Shown here piece after piece: positions 40,040-51,709 of a stretch of 64,000 nt of DNA. The stretch is taken from NCBI GenBank assembly GCA_025057015.1, contig JANWYG010000017.1, positions 193,071 to 257,070 of the forward strand. The letters run 5' to 3'. Each line of letters begins with the position of its first letter. Position 1 is the first letter of the stretch. A program made the translations under genes and the position numbers. This DNA comes from Blastocatellia bacterium. Lineage in GTDB: Bacteria > Acidobacteriota > Blastocatellia > Chloracidobacteriales > JADJPF01. The notes under the pieces were generated by a model. It saw nothing but the letters and a program-made list of their open reading frames with translations, was not told the DNA's origin and did not search any database.

Positions 40040-42661
40040 CTACGCAGTGACCGATTGAGCTTTCGGCCGGAAAGTAAGAGCATTGCTGCCCAGATCTACT
40101 TCGACAACCTGACCATCACGTATATCACCCTTGAGAAGTAGTCTGCTCAGAGGTGTTTCAAGCTCTTTCTGTATCGTTCTCTTGAGCGGTCGCGCACCAT
40201 AGCTAGGATCATAGCCCACACTTACGAGGAAACGCCGCGCAGCATCCGTCAGTACAAGACTTATCTTCCGCTCAGCAAGCCGCGCTTTTAGACGCTCAAG
40301 TTGAATGTCGACTATTTTCTCTAAGTGCTCCTGAGACAAGGCATGGAAGACTATAGTTTCGTCTATACGGTTGAGAAATTCCGGCCTAAAGTAGTGCCGC
40401 ATTTCTGCAAGCACAGCAGCTTTCATTGCCTCGTACTTTTCACCTTCGAAAGCACCCTTGTACTCAAGGATGTTCTGACTGCCTATGTTCGACGTCATTA
40501 TAACTATGGTGTTTTTAAAATCGACGACGCGGCCCTGTCCATCTGTCAAGCGACCGTCGTCGAGGATCTGCAGCATAACATTAAAGACGTCGCGATGGGC
40601 CTTTTCTATCTCATCGAAGAGTATTACCGAATAGGGTCTACGACGAACAGCCTCGGTCAGTTGACCGCCTTCTTCATAACCCACATAGCCTGGAGGCGCA
40701 CCTATTAGCCGCGCTACAGTATGCTTTTCTTGATACTCGGACATATCTATCCTAATCATGGCGCGTTCATCATCGAAGAGAAATTCAGCCAACGCTTTGG
40801 CTAGCTCTGTCTTACCAACGCCCGTTGGCCCGAGAAAGATAAAGCTACCAATAGGACGATTGATATCCTTGAGGCCTGAGCGAGCGCGTATTACAGCCTC
40901 AGCGACCGCAGTTACAGCCTCATCCTGTCCTACGATACGACGGTGCAGTTCTTTATCAAGAGATAGCAGTTTCTGTATTTCACCTTCGAGCAATCTAGAA
41001 ACAGGGATACCAGTCCAGCGGCTGACAACTTCAGCTATGTCTTCTTCGTCGACCTCTTCTTTGATGAGACGTGCGTGTGTTTGCTTGCGCAGCAAAGCCT
41101 CTTCTTCTTGTTTGAGACGTGTTTCTAGCTGCATCAGCTTGCCATAGCGCAGTTCGGCAGCTTTGTTAAGATCATACTGCCGTTCAGCTTGTTCTATGTC
41201 TATCTTCGTCTGCTCTATCTGCTCACGAATGGTGCGCAGCCGTTGTACAGCTTCCTTTTCAGCATGCCACTGGGCCTTGAGTGCATCCGCTTCGGCTTTT
41301 AGTTCGGCAAGCTCTTTTTCGAGTTTCGCCAGTCGCTCCCTAGAAGCGCTATCAGTCTCTTTCTTAAGCGCTTCGCGCTCTATTTCAAGTTGCATTACTC
41401 GCCGCAGTATATCGTCGAGTTCCGACGGCATAGAGTCTATTTCGGTACGGAGCTTGGCAGCAGCTTCATCAACCAGGTCTATAGCCTTATCCGGCAGAAA
41501 CCGATCAGAGATGTACCTATTCGAGAGTACAGCTGCAGCAACCATAGCCGAGTCTTTGATTCTAACACCGTGATGAACTTCGTACCTGTCTTTTAACCCG
41601 CGAAGTATAGAAATCGTATCTTCAACCGAAGGTGGTTCAACCATTACCGGTTGGAAACGGCGTTCAAGTGCGGCATCCTTCTCTACATGCTTACGATACT
41701 CATCAAGCGTCGTAGCTCCTATGCAGTGTAACTCACCACGAGCTAACATAGGCTTGAGCAAGTTACCTGCATCCATAGCACCTTCGGCCTTGCCTGCACC
41801 TACGACAGTATGCAGTTCATCTATGAACAACACTATCTCGCCTTGTGAGTCCTGTACTTCTTTAAGCACTGCCTTGAGTCGTTCCTCAAATTCGCCTCGA
41901 TACTTTGCGCCTGCTATCAAGGCACCCATATCGAGGGCCACTATGCGGCGGTTTTTGAGACCCTCTGGCACGTCTCCGCGAACGATTCTCTGTGCAAGTC
42001 CTTCGACTATGGCGGTCTTACCAACTCCTGGCTCGCCTATCAAGACAGGATTGTTCTTCGTGCGACGGGAAAGTACCTGTATTACTCTGCGTATTTCATC
42101 ATCTCGGCCTATTACCGGGTCAAGTTTCCCTTTAGCAGCAAGTTTCGTCAGATCACGACCATAGCGCTCTAGCGCTTCATATGTTGCTTCAGGATTAGGA
42201 GAAGTGACGCGCTGGCTACCACGTATCTCTTGCAGCGCCTTCATCAGCCGCTCACGCGAAACAGCAAACTCTCTGAAGATCCGTCCCGTAGGGCCTTCAT
42301 CCTCGGTCATTGCAAGCAGCAGGTGCTCTACAGAAATATATTCATCCTTGAGCTTCCTAGCCTCATCTTCCGCTCTAGCAAGCAACTTGTTCAAGCGACC
42401 TGTAATGTAGATCTGGTCAGGTGCACCAGAAGGTCCGGTTACCCTTGGCAGCTTATTTAGCTCCTGCTCTAACCTGCGCTTGATACCCTCTATGTTGAAA
42501 TCAGCTTTGTTGAGTATCGACCTTGCAAGCCCCCGCTCCTGCTCCAGCAGCGCTAGCAATACATGCTCTACATCTACCTGCTGATGATTGTTACGTGCCG
42601 CCCGCGACTGCGCACCATGCAGCGCCTCTTGCACCTTTTCCGTAAAACGATTGATATCCAT
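40040..42661 (-). CDS. clpB: ATP-dependent chaperone ClpB
   Basis: 873 aa with a Clp N domain, two AAA+ modules ([10 protein letters not shown]; [15 protein letters not shown]) and a long coiled-coil middle domain. Confidence 0.97.
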   Translation of the reverse strand: MDINRFTEKVQEALHGAQSRAARNNHQQVDVEHVLLALLEQERGLARSILNKADFNIEGIKRRLEQELNKLPRVTGPSGAPDQIYITGRLNKLLARAEDEARKLKDEYISVEHLLLAMTEDEGPTGRIFREFAVSRERLMKALQEIRGSQRVTSPNPEATYEALERYGRDLTKLAAKGKLDPVIGRDDEIRRVIQVLSRRTKNNPVLIGEPGVGKTAIVEGLAQRIVRGDVPEGLKNRRIVALDMGALIAGAKYRGEFEERLKAVLKEVQDSQGEIVLFIDELHTVVGAGKAEGAMDAGNLLKPMLARGELHCIGATTLDEYRKHVEKDAALERRFQPVMVEPPSVEDTISILRGLKDRYEVHHGVRIKDSAMVAAAVLSNRYISDRFLPDKAIDLVDEAAAKLRTEIDSMPSELDDILRRVMQLEIEREALKKETDSASRERLAKLEKELAELKAEADALKAQWHAEKEAVQRLRTIREQIEQTKIDIEQAERQYDLNKAAELRYGKLMQLETRLKQEEEALLRKQTHARLIKEEVDEEDIAEVVSRWTGIPVSRLLEGEIQKLLSLDKELHRRIVGQDEAVTAVAEAVIRARSGLKDINRPIGSFIFLGPTGVGKTELAKALAEFLFDDERAMIRIDMSEYQEKHTVARLIGAPPGYVGYEEGGQLTEAVRRRPYSVILFDEIEKAHRDVFNVMLQILDDGRLTDGQGRVVDFKNTIVIMTSNIGSQNILEYKGAFEGEKYEAMKAAVLAEMRHYFRPEFLNRIDETIVFHALSQEHLEKIVDIQLERLKARLAERKISLVLTDAARRFLVSVGYDPSYGARPLKRTIQKELETPLSRLLLKGDIRDGQVVEVDLGSNALTFRPKAQSVTA

Positions 42662-42779
42662 CTCCCTTCCCCCTATCTCTAAACTTGACGCTTAACATTG
42701 CTAATTATATTAGCAAAAAAGTTGCGTGTCAAGCACTCAAGTTTTAAACTCGAGATATGCTTGAAGGAGGCGGTTATGA

Positions 42780-43655
42780 TTGTATAGAATCGGCCATATG
42801 GGAATAGAAGAAAAGATAAAGAAGCTGCCGCGGTTAGGCGTGGGAATATCAGGGGAATACAACTCGCATCTGAAAGGTATAGACGCATATCGACTGCGGG
42901 AAAGTTATCCCGAACTGGTGCATTTCTACGAGTACGGTTGCGATATCGACCGAGGGCTAGATGAACAAGTCAAGAAATGGGCAGCAGAAGGACTTGCAAC
43001 TACTTATCACTTTTTGGATTTAAACCTCGAAGAAGCCGAAGATCTCGATGAAGTGTGGCTAGACAAAACGCTCGCTTTAGCTAACGAAATACACGCAGTA
43101 TGGTTATGCGGAGATGCCGGTCGCTGGCACTTCGGGCCTCGTGAACGGGGACATCAGATGCTACTGCCGCCGATACTTTGTCGCGAGTCGGCATTGGTTA
43201 CGGCGGAAAACATAGCTCGGATACAATCTGAAACTGGGTTATGCGTATTGCCAGAAAATCCTCCTGCAGTAGCTTATCTTGGCCCGATGCACATACTTGA
43301 CTACTTCGCGCTAGTAGCAGACAAAGCTGATTGTGGGTTACTACTTGACTGTGCCCATCTAGCCATATTTCAGCACAGTCGCCGGTTAGATCCCCTGGCG
43401 GGGTTAGATGGCTATCCCCTCGACCGCGTAGTAGAGCTACATGTTGCGGGCGGTACAGTAACAGCTGTAGACGGCTACGAGTATATAAACGATGACCATT
43501 CACCCATCCCACTACAGGCTTGTTGGCAGATACTCGAATATGTAATCGGACGTGCTGTCAATCTCAAAGCTATAGTCTATGAGTGTGAATGGAACTCGCC
43601 TGAAGAGGTGATAGACACTTTTGTTAAGCTCAATGAATTGTTTCCTACAAGATGA
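42780..43655 (+). CDS. DUF692 / MNIO-family (MbnB/TglH/BufB-like) TIM-barrel iron enzyme
   Basis: 291 aa matching the DUF692 layout by eye: LPRLGVGISGEY, LPENPP...CGLLLDCAHL, VVELHVAGG, INDDHSPIP...VYECEW. The TTG at 42780 lies 9 nt after GAAGGAGG (42763-42770). The first ATG is at 42798. Confidence 0.7.
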   Translation: MYRIGHMGIEEKIKKLPRLGVGISGEYNSHLKGIDAYRLRESYPELVHFYEYGCDIDRGLDEQVKKWAAEGLATTYHFLDLNLEEAEDLDEVWLDKTLALANEIHAVWLCGDAGRWHFGPRERGHQMLLPPILCRESALVTAENIARIQSETGLCVLPENPPAVAYLGPMHILDYFALVADKADCGLLLDCAHLAIFQHSRRLDPLAGLDGYPLDRVVELHVAGGTVTAVDGYEYINDDHSPIPLQACWQILEYVIGRAVNLKAIVYECEWNSPEEVIDTFVKLNELFPTR

Positions 43656-44527
43656 GCTATCACGCCTTACAGAAGCTGACAGTGAGGTTGCTATACGATC
43701 CTGGCTTTGTGGAAATGCTGTACTCAGACCCTGATTCAGTTTTATCGAACTCGGACCTGACGGCCGAGGAGAAAACCGAATTATTAGCTATAGACAAACG
43801 TGTCTGGCGACATGACCCGCTCAGACGTCGACGGACGCTACGCACGCTCTGCGAGGAGTTTAAGGCTAGCAGCACCATAGCGCTTGCCGAAACGCGCTCG
43901 CTTGCGGCTCTTGAGGCGTTCTTCTCGAGTGATAGATTCCACTCTTCCATAGAGCAGCGAGGTTCCATGGCGCTAGCATTTGCAGACTTTCTTAGCGACC
44001 TGTTTACTAGAGGCGACGTTAAAGCAGAGCAGTTTACAGATGTGCTACGCCTTGAGCAAACCATGGCCAAGTGCCGTCGCCACCGTCCGGTCAAGCATCT
44101 ACCTCTTCCCTCCAAGATACAAGACTCTTTGACCTTGCAGCTTGCACCCGGCACGGACGTAGGTCGTTTTCAGGCAAACGTCATAGCTACTATCCAGATC
44201 GTCGAGAAGTACCTTTTCGAAGTCGGCCTAATGCCTGCCGTAGCGCTGTGCGAAGATGCTCCTAGGCTCGAAGGCTTACCGCCCGTAGAAAAGAAAAACA
44301 TATACTTACTCTTTAGACCTGGCACAAACGGTATAACACTAGTAAACATTGACAAGTACGATTATCTTCTGCTTTACGAGGCTCGAAAGAGCCTAACAGT
44401 GAGAGATCTTCTGCGGCGCGTCGTTCAGGCAGGTTTAACGTTGCGACATGCAGAAAAACTTCTCATTGAAGCACTCGAAGAAGGCACATTACTTCTTTCT
44501 CCATTCATCTATGAGCGAAGCCACTAG
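43652..44527 (+). CDS. MNIO partner protein, DUF2063-like (weak)
   Basis: 291 aa with an ATGA overlap onto the MNIO stop. The N-terminus [14 protein letters not shown]...[16 protein letters not shown]...FADFL loosely resembles DUF2063 partner proteins. The assignment rests mainly on the coupling. Confidence 0.45.
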   Translation: MSYHALQKLTVRLLYDPGFVEMLYSDPDSVLSNSDLTAEEKTELLAIDKRVWRHDPLRRRRTLRTLCEEFKASSTIALAETRSLAALEAFFSSDRFHSSIEQRGSMALAFADFLSDLFTRGDVKAEQFTDVLRLEQTMAKCRRHRPVKHLPLPSKIQDSLTLQLAPGTDVGRFQANVIATIQIVEKYLFEVGLMPAVALCEDAPRLEGLPPVEKKNIYLLFRPGTNGITLVNIDKYDYLLLYEARKSLTVRDLLRRVVQAGLTLRHAEKLLIEALEEGTLLLSPFIYERSH

Positions 44528-47161
44528 TCCTGTCCAGCCAGTTTGGTGCGATGCTCCGAGTCCAAACCCGTTGTCACCATGGAAGTACTCGTAAAACAGT
44601 ATATAGTCTTTCCAATGAGGATCGTCTTTGAACTTCTTGAGGTAACCATAAACTGGCCTTATGCCGGCAGAGTTTCTCTTAAAGATGCCTATCAGCCTCT
44701 CTGCTAAGTCCCTAGCCATCTCTCTCAAAGTAACGAGCTCACCAGTAACAGGAGATTGCACGCTGAAATCTTCACCGAAGGCTTTGCCTAGCTTTCTAAG
44801 CGACTCTATTATCAAAAAAGTTGTAGGAAACCACACAGGCCCACGCCAATTAGAATTTCCTCCTTTGATCTTGCAGTTTGCTTCAGCAGGATCGTACCAA
44901 ACAGCACTATGACCGAATACAAACGGATGGGATTCGTGGTACTTCGAAAGACTTCTTATACCATAGTCTGAGAGAAATTCCTGCGGATCTAACAATCTCC
45001 TAAGTAGCCCGTGCAGTTGTTGCTGGTCTACTATTGTCAGCACGTGCACTTGCCTACCTTCTCTTTCCACCGTATAGCAGCAATGCTCAACTAATTCACG
45101 ACGATTACGTAGAAACCAATTCAGGTTTGTCGTAAACTCGTCAAATGGTTCTATCCAATCGACTTCCAAACGCTCGACAGCATAAAGGGGAATAATTCCT
45201 ACCAGAGACCTTACTCGAAACTTACTAAATGTTCCGTCGGGATAGCGTAACACGTCATAGAAGAAACCATCTCTCTCGTCCCAGAGCGAATAATCCCGGC
45301 CGCCCATATGTTTCATCGCAGCACCCACGTAGACGTAGTGCTGAAAGAACTTCGTAGCCAGTCCCTCATAGACTTTGTTGTCTTTCGCAAGTTCCAGGGC
45401 TATCCGCATCAAGTTTAGGCAGAACATGCCCATCCATCCGGTGGCATCAGACTGCTCCAATACAACTCCGTTTGGAAGCTTTTCGCTGCGATCTATCACA
45501 GTAATGTTGTCCAGACCTAAAAAGCCACCTTCGAAGACATTATTTCCTTGCGAATCAACCTTGTTTATCCACCAAGCGAAATTGATGAGTAATTTATGAA
45601 AGCATTTCTCTAAAAAATCTCTATCTGCTTTACCGTTACGTATTCTATCCATGTTGTATACGCGCCAGACTGCCCAAGCATGCACAGGAGGATTGAGATC
45701 GGAAAATTCCCATTCATAGGCCGGTATTTGTCCGTTCGGATGTTGAAACTGTTCAAATAAGAGCAGCCAGAGTTGTTCTTTCGCAAACTCGGCGTCAACA
45801 AGTGCAAGCGGTACGCAGTGAAAAGCCAGATCCCAAGCTGCAAACCAAGGGTACTCCCACTTATCAGGCATCGAGAGGATACGCATAGAATTCAGATGCC
45901 TCCAGTGTGCATTCCTACCGGTGAGCCTTTCAGCAGGAGGTGGAAACTGCTTGTTATCCCCATGTAACCACAGTTCTACATCAAACAGATAGATCTGCTT
46001 GCTCCAAAGCATCCCAGCCAGTGCTTGTCGCTGAATAAGCCTTTCGTCTTCGCTCGCTGAAGGAGGATGAATGCTTGCGTAGAACTGGTCTGCTTCGTAG
46101 CGACGCTCACTTATTACAGTCTCTACGTCGTCTAGCGGATGCTCCAACTGCTTATCGGTAAGCCTCAATAGCACTACTGAGAACCGTCCCCCTGGTATGG
46201 TCAGTATGTAGTGTATACAAGACTTCGTACCTTGCCGGTCGTGTTTTATAGCGTCTTCGCCGTTGATGATGTACCTATGGAAAGCGTCTTTGTGATGTGG
46301 TTTACGGCTCTTGGCCCAAGGTCCGTAGACTCGCTCGGCATTTGTTTCGTTGTCAGTAAAAAGCACCTCAGTAGAACCTGCCTGAGCATACAAGTAGCGT
46401 TTACCAAGGCGATAACTAAACGGCAAGTTTGGTAACATCTCTGCCGACGAGTCATCGGCTGCAAGACAAACTAGACCGTCTTCACGCCCAACCTGCCAAA
46501 TGAGCGGTTCTGGCAGCGCTTTCTCACCCCAAGCCCAGGTATTGCGAAACCACAGGTGAGGCAGAACGTGTATCGTGGCAGCATCAGCACCACGATTGAA
46601 CACCTGAATTTTTATACATATATCCTCAGGATCGGCTTTGGCATATTCTACAAATACGTCGAAGTATCTATCATCGTCAAATATACCGGTATCAAGTAAC
46701 TCGAACTCCGGACCGCGTCCGTTACGACGACGGTTTTCTTCTACAAGCCAGCGATATGGGTATTCCCGCTGAGGATACTTGTAGAGATATTTCATATACG
46801 AATGCGTAGGCGTGCTGTCGAGGTAAAAGTAGTACTCCTTCACATCCTCGCCATGATTACCTTCTGAGGGAACTACTCCAAAGAGCCGCTCTTTGAGTAT
46901 AGGATCTTTGCCATTCCAGAAGGCAAGGGCAAAGACTATAAGTTGGTACCTATCGCAGATGCCTGCAAGTCCGTCTTCACCCCATCTATATGCTTTGCTG
47001 CGTGCTTTGTCGTGCGGTAGATACTCCCAAGCATTGCCGTCTTTACTGTAATCTTCTCTTACTGTTCCCCAAGACCGCTCGCTTACGTAAGGCCCCCAGC
47101 GCTTCCATGATTGCGGCCAGGGCAACTGTTCCCTTAGCCTTCTATGCTCTACAGTGGTCAT
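44489..47161 (-). CDS. GH63-like (MGH1-like) glycoside hydrolase / glucosidase
   Basis: [70 protein letters not shown] and LWFRNTW are typical of the roughly 890-aa cytosolic GH63-like family. ATG at 47161 (MTTVEHRRL) preferred. Confidence 0.85.
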   Translation of the reverse strand: MTTVEHRRLREQLPWPQSWKRWGPYVSERSWGTVREDYSKDGNAWEYLPHDKARSKAYRWGEDGLAGICDRYQLIVFALAFWNGKDPILKERLFGVVPSEGNHGEDVKEYYFYLDSTPTHSYMKYLYKYPQREYPYRWLVEENRRRNGRGPEFELLDTGIFDDDRYFDVFVEYAKADPEDICIKIQVFNRGADAATIHVLPHLWFRNTWAWGEKALPEPLIWQVGREDGLVCLAADDSSAEMLPNLPFSYRLGKRYLYAQAGSTEVLFTDNETNAERVYGPWAKSRKPHHKDAFHRYIINGEDAIKHDRQGTKSCIHYILTIPGGRFSVVLLRLTDKQLEHPLDDVETVISERRYEADQFYASIHPPSASEDERLIQRQALAGMLWSKQIYLFDVELWLHGDNKQFPPPAERLTGRNAHWRHLNSMRILSMPDKWEYPWFAAWDLAFHCVPLALVDAEFAKEQLWLLLFEQFQHPNGQIPAYEWEFSDLNPPVHAWAVWRVYNMDRIRNGKADRDFLEKCFHKLLINFAWWINKVDSQGNNVFEGGFLGLDNITVIDRSEKLPNGVVLEQSDATGWMGMFCLNLMRIALELAKDNKVYEGLATKFFQHYVYVGAAMKHMGGRDYSLWDERDGFFYDVLRYPDGTFSKFRVRSLVGIIPLYAVERLEVDWIEPFDEFTTNLNWFLRNRRELVEHCCYTVEREGRQVHVLTIVDQQQLHGLLRRLLDPQEFLSDYGIRSLSKYHESHPFVFGHSAVWYDPAEANCKIKGGNSNWRGPVWFPTTFLIIESLRKLGKAFGEDFSVQSPVTGELVTLREMARDLAERLIGIFKRNSAGIRPVYGYLKKFKDDPHWKDYILFYEYFHGDNGFGLGASHQTGWTGLVASLIDEWRKK

Positions 47162-47372
47162 ACTGTCCTTCCAGTTAGAATTACAAGCGGCATAATATAA
47201 CTCTAGGTCAACCTTCACAAGAAGCTTTTGTACAAATCACCAACTAAGAAAATACAAGCCTTGCACAGGTGCTCTAGCTTTGAAAAAGCAACTTGCCTCG
47301 ATCGATTGTCAGATTTGCCAATCTGTGCTACTTTCCAACATCTCACCGAAAATTAATGAACACAGAGTGTAT

Positions 47373-47891
47373 ATGGGTCTGATTCTTCCTTACAAAGGCA
47401 AAACGCCGCGCTTAGGTGAAGGCGTATTTGTAGCTCCTACTGCGTCAATTATAGGTGACGTTGAAATAGGAGCGCATTCTAGTATTTGGTTCAACACGGT
47501 CATTCGCGGAGACGTGTACTACATCCGCATAGGCTGCAACACCAGTATCCAAGACGGCAGCGTAATTCACGTAACTACGGACACCTATCCTACGATTATA
47601 GGTGACAACGTCACTGTAGGTCACAATGTCACAGCGCATGGCTGCACTATCCATAACGGTTGTTTAATAGGCATGGGAGCAATATTACTTGACAACTGCG
47701 AGATTGGCGAGCAGTCGCTTGTAGCTGCTGGCACGCTGGTACCGATGGGAATGAAAGTACCTCCTCGTTCGCTTGTCGCTGGACTGCCTGCAAAGATCAA
47801 ACGCCAGCTCACTGAAGAAGATTTAGCCCGCATGGAGGAAAACTGGCGCCACTACGTAGACCTAAAAAACACTTACCTGGAAAAGCGTTGA
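47373..47891 (+). CDS. gamma-carbonic-anhydrase-family / left-handed beta-helix (hexapeptide) protein
   Basis: MGLILPYKGKTPRLGEGVFVAPTASIIGDVEIG, SIWFNTVIRGDV and hexapeptide repeats. ATG at 47373 preferred over the ORF opening at 47280. Confidence 0.85.
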   Translation: MGLILPYKGKTPRLGEGVFVAPTASIIGDVEIGAHSSIWFNTVIRGDVYYIRIGCNTSIQDGSVIHVTTDTYPTIIGDNVTVGHNVTAHGCTIHNGCLIGMGAILLDNCEIGEQSLVAAGTLVPMGMKVPPRSLVAGLPAKIKRQLTEEDLARMEENWRHYVDLKNTYLEKR

Positions 47892-49159
47892 TGATAAAGA
47901 CTGTCAAGTACACGCGTGACATTCTTCCCGAAGAATTCACGAACGACCTCTCAGCTCAGTCACACAGGTTTCAGCATGTTGAGGCGGTAGCACGCGAAGC
48001 GTTTCGTCGCTACGGCTATCGTGAGATACGAACACCTATTTTCGAACACACAGAGCTATTTGCAAGAGGCGTCGGTCAAGAAACCGATATCGTATCAAAG
48101 GAGATGTACTCTTGGACAGACGTAAACAACGACCGGCTGACTTTGAGACCTGAAAACACTGCTCCCGTCATTCGTTCCTACATAGAGCATAAGATGTGGG
48201 CCAGCAGCGACCTAGTCAAACTTTTCTACATCGGCCCCATGTTTCGTCGAGAACGCGGCCAGAAAGGCCGTTTCCGTCAGTTCTATCAAATAGGAGTCGA
48301 AGTACTTGGTAAAAGCGACAATCCGGCGATAGAGGCCGAAGTGATAGAAATGATCTACTGGATACTTGACGAGCTGAAGATTAGTGACACAGAGCTGCTG
48401 GTAAATTCTGTAGGATGTCCTGCGTGTAGGCCACAGTTTAACGAGACGCTGCGTCGTGAGCTAGCTCCGTTACTAAGAGAGCTATGTGCCGATTGTAACC
48501 GGCGCTACGAAACAAACATACTGCGAGTACTGGACTGCAAACAAGACGCTGAAAGAACGGCGCAGCTTACCCCTATCCTCGACCTGCTGTGCAGAGAATG
48601 CAACCTACACTTCTTGCAGTTTCGCTCATACCTAGACCACAAAGGAATTCCTTACCGAGTAGAACCACGGCTAGTGCGAGGCTTAGATTACTATACCCGC
48701 ACAGCGTTTGAAGTCACTAGTCGGACGCTAGGCGCACAAAGTGCGCTGCTTGGCGGGGGCAGATACGATGGCCTTTCTGAAACCCTGGGAGGGCCGCCTA
48801 CAAAAGGATTTGGCTTTGCTCTTGGCCTTGATCGGTTTGTTATGTCCCTGCCACACGATTTAGCCGATCCCTCTAGACCCGAACTTTACATAGCATACTT
48901 AGGCGAAAGAGCTTTCGCTTATGCCATGACTCTCATCAGCAAGTTGCGCCGCCAGGGCATTGCTTGCGTCATGGATTTCGAACAGCGTAGCTTACGCTCG
49001 GCTATGAAGCTAGCAGACAAGCTCAAAGTAGCAAAGGTATTGATCGTAGGCGATAACGAGCTTGATCAAGGGCAGCTTATCTTGCGCGATATGCGTAGTG
49101 GCGAGCAACAGCTGCTTACCGAAGACGAACTATTAAGATTCTTTCATGGGCAAAAGTGA
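47888..49159 (+). CDS. hisS: histidine--tRNA ligase
   Basis: 423 aa with TRDILPEE, MFRRERGQKGRFRQFYQ, RGLDYYT and GGGRYD. Confidence 0.95.
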   Translation: MMIKTVKYTRDILPEEFTNDLSAQSHRFQHVEAVAREAFRRYGYREIRTPIFEHTELFARGVGQETDIVSKEMYSWTDVNNDRLTLRPENTAPVIRSYIEHKMWASSDLVKLFYIGPMFRRERGQKGRFRQFYQIGVEVLGKSDNPAIEAEVIEMIYWILDELKISDTELLVNSVGCPACRPQFNETLRRELAPLLRELCADCNRRYETNILRVLDCKQDAERTAQLTPILDLLCRECNLHFLQFRSYLDHKGIPYRVEPRLVRGLDYYTRTAFEVTSRTLGAQSALLGGGRYDGLSETLGGPPTKGFGFALGLDRFVMSLPHDLADPSRPELYIAYLGERAFAYAMTLISKLRRQGIACVMDFEQRSLRSAMKLADKLKVAKVLIVGDNELDQGQLILRDMRSGEQQLLTEDELLRFFHGQK

Positions 49160-49160
49160 T

Positions 49161-50939
49161 ATGTTAGACAACTTAGGATCTCTAAAACGAACGCACATGG
49201 CGGGCGCTCTTCGCCCCGAACATGTAGGTCAGAAAGTCACTTTGATGGGCTGGGTATACAGACGTCGGGACTTTGGGCCGCTTACTTTCATCGATCTAAG
49301 AGATCGAGAAGGTGTCGTACAGGTCGTACTGGACGAAGAAAGGTTTCCCAAAGCACATGCCGTAGGCAAGCGTCTGAGGTCAGAGTACGTAATTTGCGTC
49401 CAAGGCCAAGTAGTGCTACGCGAGGCTGAAACGATAAACCCCAATATAGCTTCAGGCGAAGTTGAAGTTGTAGCCGAACAAATTTACGTCTTCAACGAAT
49501 CCAAAACTCCACCGTTTGAGCTAGATGCTACACGGCCACCCAGCGAAGATCTAAGGCTCAAGTACAGATATCTAGATCTACGTCGGCAGAAGATGCAAGA
49601 GAATCTGCGTCTACGACACAGAATCACGGCCACTATACGCAACTTTTTCGATCGACATGGTTTTCTTGAGATAGAAACGCCAATTTTGACCAAATCTACG
49701 CCCGAAGGTGCGCGCGACTACCTCGTTCCAAGTCGTCTCAATCCTGGCGAGTTCTACGCTTTGCCACAGTCGCCACAGTTGTTCAAGCAGATCCTAATGA
49801 TGGCCGGCTACGATAGGTACTACCAGATAGCCCGCTGTTTTAGAGATGAGGATCTTAGGGCAGATCGTCAACCTGAATTTACCCAAATAGACATAGAAAT
49901 GTCGTTCGTGCAGCCAGAAGATATCTTTGAAGTAATAGAGCCGCTGCTAGTTGAAGTCTTTGCAGTAGCAGGAATAGAGATCTCACGTCCGTTTGCGCGG
50001 CTCAGCTATGCTGAAGCCATAGATAGGTTTGGCTCAGACAAGCCTGATACCCGCTTTGGGATGGAACTCGTAGATCTAAGCGAACTGCTTAGAGAAACAG
50101 AGTTCGCATCTTTTGCCAAAATTCTTTCTGAAGGTGGACAAGTTAAAGCGATTACATTGAGAGGCGGAGCAAAATATTCGCGTAAACAAATAGATGATCT
50201 AACAGCACACGTAAAAGATGCCTTTGCTGCTACTGGCTTAGGATACATAAAGCGCTCAGAAAGTGGCGAAATATCGTCACCACTAACAAAGAACTTAGGT
50301 GAAGCGACTATCACAAAAATAGTAGAACGTGCAGCAGCGCTACCAGAAGATATAGTCTTTCTCTGTGCAGGAACGCAAGAAGTAGTTGCTGCTACTTTAG
50401 GATGGCTCAGAGTGGAGCTAGCTAAGCGCGAGAATCTGATAGAAGACAGATGGAATCTGCTATGGGTTACAGATTTTCCGATGTTTGAGTATCATCTGGA
50501 CGATAAGCGTTGGTATGCTATGCACCATCCGTTTACTTCGCCAAAGGATGAGCACCTGGCCACTCTTGAAGAAAATCCTGCTGCAGTTTTAGCGAAAGCC
50601 TACGACCTTGTCTTAAACGGAGTCGAGCTTGGAGGTGGATCAATCCGTATTCATCGTCCTGACGTCCAGAGACAGATCTTCAGAATACTTGGCTTTAGTG
50701 ACGAGGAAGCGAAGCGTCGCTTTGGCTTCTTTCTAGACGCTTTAACCTATGGAACTCCGCCGCATGGAGGAATAGCCCTCGGTCTGGATCGACTCGTAGC
50801 GTTACTTGCCGGGGAAAGCTCCATACGCGAGGTGATAGCTTTTCCCAAGACGGCGAAAGCGTCTTGTCTGATGACTGACTCGCCAAGTGAAGTCAGCTCA
50901 GAACAGCTGCGCGAACTGAGGATAAAAATTGACAGATAG
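49161..50939 (+). CDS. aspS: aspartate--tRNA ligase
   Basis: RTHMAG, FIDLRDREG, CFRDEDLRADRQPEFTQID, GGGSIRIH and GGIALGLDR. ATG at 49161, just after the hisS stop. Confidence 0.95.
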   Translation: MLDNLGSLKRTHMAGALRPEHVGQKVTLMGWVYRRRDFGPLTFIDLRDREGVVQVVLDEERFPKAHAVGKRLRSEYVICVQGQVVLREAETINPNIASGEVEVVAEQIYVFNESKTPPFELDATRPPSEDLRLKYRYLDLRRQKMQENLRLRHRITATIRNFFDRHGFLEIETPILTKSTPEGARDYLVPSRLNPGEFYALPQSPQLFKQILMMAGYDRYYQIARCFRDEDLRADRQPEFTQIDIEMSFVQPEDIFEVIEPLLVEVFAVAGIEISRPFARLSYAEAIDRFGSDKPDTRFGMELVDLSELLRETEFASFAKILSEGGQVKAITLRGGAKYSRKQIDDLTAHVKDAFAATGLGYIKRSESGEISSPLTKNLGEATITKIVERAAALPEDIVFLCAGTQEVVAATLGWLRVELAKRENLIEDRWNLLWVTDFPMFEYHLDDKRWYAMHHPFTSPKDEHLATLEENPAAVLAKAYDLVLNGVELGGGSIRIHRPDVQRQIFRILGFSDEEAKRRFGFFLDALTYGTPPHGGIALGLDRLVALLAGESSIREVIAFPKTAKASCLMTDSPSEVSSEQLRELRIKIDR

Positions 50940-51001
50940 CTTGCCTAAAATCAAATTTGTAAATAGTATATCTTCTATCTTATTCAACTTCGGGGAAAGA
51001 T

Positions 51002-51709
51002 ATGAAGACGGTAAGTTTAGCTGTGGTCTTTGTGGTAATAAGCCTCACTTTAGCCGGATGCGCCACAAAGAAGTACGTACGTCAAACAGTAAACGAGCGA
51101 GTAGCACCGCTTGAAGGACGCACACAAGAGTTAGAAGAGACCGTAAGGCGTAACACACAGGACATCAAAGAATTAGACGATCGACTCAGCCGACGGATAG
51201 ACGAAGTCAGCACACGTGTAGATCGGGCTCAGGCAACAGCAGAGGAAGCACGTTCGAAGGCTTCTTTAGCTGAAGCCAAAGCTATCGAAGCTCAGCAACG
51301 CATCGAAGACCTGCGCAGCAACCTGGACAAGTACACGCTACTTACTACAACCTCGGTCGTATTCAAACTCAACAGCTATACGCTGACACCGGAAGCAAAA
51401 GCACAGCTAGATTCTCTTGCTCTAGAGGCTAAAAACCATACAGGGTATCTTCTTGAAATACAAGGCTTCACCGACTCGACAGGGAACGTGAAACTAAACG
51501 AGCAGCTCAGCCAAAACCGTGCTGAAGCTGTACAGCGTTATCTTGCAAAGGAACACCAGATACCAGTCTACAAGATGTCGATAGTAGGTCTAGGCAAGTT
51601 AGACGAGTCAGAAGCCTCTACGAGAGCTGAGCGACGCGCGGCCCGCGAGCGCAACCGTCGGGTAGATGTACGCTTACTCGTAAACAACGCAGTAAATCCG
51701 GCCAAATAG
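51002..51709 (+). CDS. OmpA-family lipoprotein with coiled-coil spacer
   Basis: 235 aa with lipobox LTLAGC, a coiled-coil, then the OmpA_C-like region FKLNSYTLTPEAK...GFTDSTGNVKLNEQLSQNRAEAV. Confidence 0.85.
   Translation: MKTVSLAVVFVVISLTLAGCATKKYVRQTVNERVAPLEGRTQELEETVRRNTQDIKELDDRLSRRIDEVSTRVDRAQATAEEARSKASLAEAKAIEAQQRIEDLRSNLDKYTLLTTTSVVFKLNSYTLTPEAKAQLDSLALEAKNHTGYLLEIQGFTDSTGNVKLNEQLSQNRAEAVQRYLAKEHQIPVYKMSIVGLGKLDESEASTRAERRAARERNRRVDVRLLVNNAVNPAK

Noticed and set aside
40325-42460. Several long plus-strand ORFs (127-147 aa) inside clpB. Similar antisense ORFs lie inside secA (52971-54679), the histidine kinase (13094-15738), the Ser/Thr kinases and glyQS (25380-26021).
   Set aside because: They lie entirely antisense to strongly supported conserved genes. 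Their products are Ser/Arg/Cys-rich low-complexity strings with no motifs. They are best explained by codon bias suppressing stops on the opposite strand.
42731-42762. A CIRCE-like element (AAGCACTC...GAGATATGCTT) between clpB and the MNIO gene.
   Set aside because: Only the left half resembles TTAGCACTC. The right arm is interrupted and does not match GAGTGCTAA at the required 9-nt spacing. What remains is a short AGTTT-T-AAACT palindrome of uncertain meaning.
42757-42789. A 10-codon mini-ORF (MLEGGGYDCI) immediately upstream of, and overlapping, the MNIO gene start. Considered as a possible Cys-containing precursor peptide.
   Set aside because: It has no ribosome-binding site of its own. 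The GAAGGAGG inside it is positioned for the TTG at 42780. It is far too short to carry a leader for partner-protein recognition. It would only merit testing if peptide MS showed it.
44489-44527. A 39-nt convergent overlap between the MNIO partner gene and the GH63-like gene.
   Set aside because: Convergent 3' overlaps of this size occur in compact genomes. There is no hairpin or other structure in the overlap, and the partner gene's last residues may be poorly conserved.
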